Shown in pieces: positions 62,464 through 64,000 of a DNA stretch of 64,000 nt. Position numbers and translations under genes: made by a program. The stretch is from Lama guanicoe. Taxonomy: Eukaryota. The notes under the pieces are model-generated. The model worked only from the letters and a program-made list of their open reading frames with translations. It had not been told where the DNA came from and did not search any database. How positions within the stretch are numbered: the first letter of the stretch is position 1; each line of letters begins with the position of its first letter. The stretch lies in NCBI GenBank assembly GCA_013239625.1, contig MU053881.1, positions 12,910,879 through 12,974,878 on the forward strand, in the 5' to 3' direction.

Positions 62464-62953
62464 TGTCGACTGAAAAAAATGCACAGCCTAGTTGAAAATT
62501 ATGTTTTATTCAGCAGACATACTGAGGGCTTAAGCTCCAGAGTGAGTCCCTCAGATATCTCTGCAGGACTGTTCCTAACACGTCAGGGAGGAGCTAGATA
62601 TGTAGAAGTTTTTGCAAAACAAACAAACAAAAATATACACACACATAAAACTGTGAAAAAAAACAGGTGGTTGGAACATCAAAAGATTACTGTTAATTAG
62701 ACAAAAAAAGACATCTCAAGTTAATGAATTTAGTACTTTTCTATGTATTGGAAGACAGGAATCTGAGCTCATTGAAATCTTTTTTGTTGGTTTTTTTTTT
62801 TTTGTTATGCACCTTAACTGTCCAGGGCCAGTAGCCTATTTTTTTCATCCTGAATCCCCTCAAGGTGCACCAGGGCAGGGGGCTGCAGTGGCTGAAGACT
62901 TGATGGCTGCAACATCCCGTTACTAATGTGGCAGCTAACCTTGTTTGTCCATA
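62464..62953 (-). mobile_element. ERV1-class solo LTR with 4-bp TSD
   Basis: GTAG duplicated at 62460-62463 and 62954-62957; starts TG, ends TA (inferred CA mutation); AATAAA on the minus strand near 62505. Confidence 0.7.
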
Positions 62954-64000
62954 GTAGCATAAATTGGAATAATATAAAATAAAAGAAGAGTTAATCTAAC
63001 TCTCATATCTAAAAGAATAGGCTAGATTATGCTTTGCAAATAAACAAACTGAAGGTTTCAGTAGATTGCAACAATAATAGTTTAGTTCTTCTTCATGCCT
63101 CAAGTCCACCAAGGAGTAGAAGGGGACTCTACATAATGCTGTGCTCACTACAAGACCCAGAGCATCAGGGCCTGGCGTTAAAGGAAATGTTTACTTGTAA
63201 ACTGTATTCTTTGGTTCAGTATGACATTTAACAAGGATACATATAGTATTCAAGAACTACTTTGTAATTGAAAAAATACTTTTCCAATTATTGAGTAAGG
63301 ATAAAATATAAAAGTTATACAAAAGACTTTTATGAATAATTTTTCTTCTTTACATTTATTTTCTCAGTTAAAAATGATAAATATTATTTTAGAAGATGAT
63401 TCAGTGCTTTCACATTATGCTCAGTGCTTGTGGTACACTGACTGTTTATGAAGCCTTTTTTTTTTCCTTATAAAGTTTCTGCCCTCTTGTTGAGTCTTTG
63501 GGGGGAAAGGTTGATTGCCTTAGTTTTCAAGCAAGCATCCTGTAGAAAGAAGTGAAAACATAAAAAGAAATTTTTTTATAGCATTTAGCAAAAACATTTC
63601 TCTACTCCTCTACATCTGCAAAAGGACCCTAGTACAGAGAGCTAAAGCTAATGTCCATAAAGATGAGAGGAATTATTTTCTAGTCCTTTATGTTAGTAAA
63701 GGCTATGATGTCTGGAAATTGCTAATGGCCAAAGTCTTTGCAGGAATTACTAGATGTCCAGAGGCATCTGGAAAACATAGGAACTTTGAGAGGGACAGAG
63801 TTTGTTTTCTGCGGAACTTGGAAAGCCACATTAAAATGGATCTAAAAGTACCACAGCATAAGCAAGGTGCCACTGAGATTTTCTATCTGTATCCATTTTT
63901 TTTCTAAATTGTCCTAGGCAGACTGGAAAAAGGTGAGGAACCTTATCTTGTTCAGCAGTTTTAATTCTCTCTCTCTCCTCTTTTATTTATTTATTTTTTC

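Overview
AT-rich mammalian genomic DNA with no prokaryotic features. It is most likely camelid, inferred from four copies of a short tRNA-derived Vic-1-type SINE plus Laurasiatherian-type L1 3' ends. The window is dense in interspersed repeats (L1 of several ages, L2, MIR, MaLR/MLT LTRs, MER21, MER5, an ERV1 solo LTR). None of the supplied ORFs is an intact gene: they are L1 remnants or chance ORFs. The main non-repeat structure is a chain of about 15 exon-like segments on the minus strand, from ~35,017 down to position 3. Most have GT/GC-AG signals, several splice sites are broken by single substitutions, and stops and frameshifts are present. Spliced together they give a decayed HEAT-repeat protein that, from my recollection of the human sequence, is collinear with HEATR9 (C17orf66) over its N-terminal two thirds. 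This suggests an unprocessed, probably unannotated, HEATR9/HEATR4-family pseudogene. A strong 26-bp plus-strand micro-exon (47931-47956), a minus-strand bias of L1/SINEs and a pyrimidine tract at the window end suggest the region may lie in an intron of a plus-strand transcript that I cannot identify. Repeat boundaries are approximate and subfamily names are from memory.
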